DNA of 38,570 nt, from assembly GCA_903832075.1 (NCBI GenBank), contig CAILAF010000511.1:1-38570 (forward strand). The letters are read 5' to 3'. The notes beneath the pieces are model-generated. The model had not been told where the DNA came from and made no database searches. It saw only the letters and a list, made by a program, of their open reading frames with translations. This DNA comes from an uncultured Chitinophagaceae bacterium. Its GTDB lineage: Bacteria > Bacteroidota > Bacteroidia > Chitinophagales > Chitinophagaceae. Of this stretch, positions 38,266 to 38,570 are shown piece by piece. The position numbers were made by a program, and so were the translations under genes. Position 1 is the first letter of the stretch. Every line of letters begins with the position of its first letter.

Positions 38266-38401
38266 GCACAACGTTCACGCATTTGCGTTGTGTTGGCATT
38301 TGCAATTATATTGTTCAAATAAATTGATTTCGCCGAAACCTGCACCACAGCTCAACTTCACGTAGTCAGTCCGCCGACTTAACGCAAATGCTTTGTTGGC
38401 T
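38266..38401. mobile_element. attC-like recombination site (136-bp imperfect palindrome)
   Basis: GCACAAC (38266-38272) ... GTTGGCT (38395-38401). Inner perfect 11-bp inverted repeat GCATTTGCGTT/AACGCAAATGC, extended by GTTGGC/GCCGAC. More GC-rich than its flanks, and lies between two co-oriented ORFs. Confidence 0.7.
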
Positions 38402-38406
38402 ACAGA

Positions 38407-38570
38407 TTAACTTTTGAATTTTCTTTCCTCAATTATGAACTGTTTTAAAATTTCATTCCAGTCAAAAGTTTCTTTATTTGTTACTGCTTCTAAAATACGC
38501 TTAATAATATTTCTGCAATATTCAATTTTTGTTGATGATGAACAATTAACACAACTTGATGAATTAAATA
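38407..38570 (-). CDS. 3' end of a hypothetical protein (truncated by the window edge)
   Basis: Open minus frame ...FNSSSCVNCSSSTKIEYCRNIIKRILEAVTNKETFDWNEILKQFIIEERKFKS*, with the stop 5 nt from the attC-like site. Confidence 0.6.
   Translation of the reverse strand, partial: FNSSSCVNCSSSTKIEYCRNIIKRILEAVTNKETFDWNEILKQFIIEERKFKS

Overview
AT-rich Bacteroidota (probably Chitinophagaceae-like) chromosomal window, judged from gene content and TAnnTTTG-type promoters. About 36 kb is mostly housekeeping and envelope genes: partial fbaA, DUF2252, cystathionine beta-synthase, yceD-rpmF-plsX, DUF3810, dcd, a PPTase, a 2-oxoacid dehydrogenase E2, cinA, dacB, a thioesterase, a TPR/beta-barrel/HU-CCDC81-like/methyltransferase operon, a glutaminyl cyclase, ychF, cobB, a LytS/LytTR pair, DUF1684, EVE, a LutA-like protein, pdhA, a TolC/MacA/split-MacB efflux operon and an NADP oxidoreductase. 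The most interesting part is the last ~1.3 kb. A 136-bp attC-like palindrome (38266-38401) separates cassette-like minus-strand genes (a membrane-anchored HNH, a BamE-like protein and a truncated ORF). A ~215-bp pseudoknot/long-hairpin element (37275-37494) marks the junction with the core genome. Together these suggest the edge of an integron-like cassette array with reversed site polarity, but no integrase is in the window. Other non-coding signals are a candidate LytTR-controlled sRNA or micropeptide (22945-23119), a two-copy ~65-bp dispersed repeat (one copy supplies a gene's N-terminus), and several 7-bp-period repeat tracts, one inside a CDS. All calls come from reading the sequence; no searches were run.
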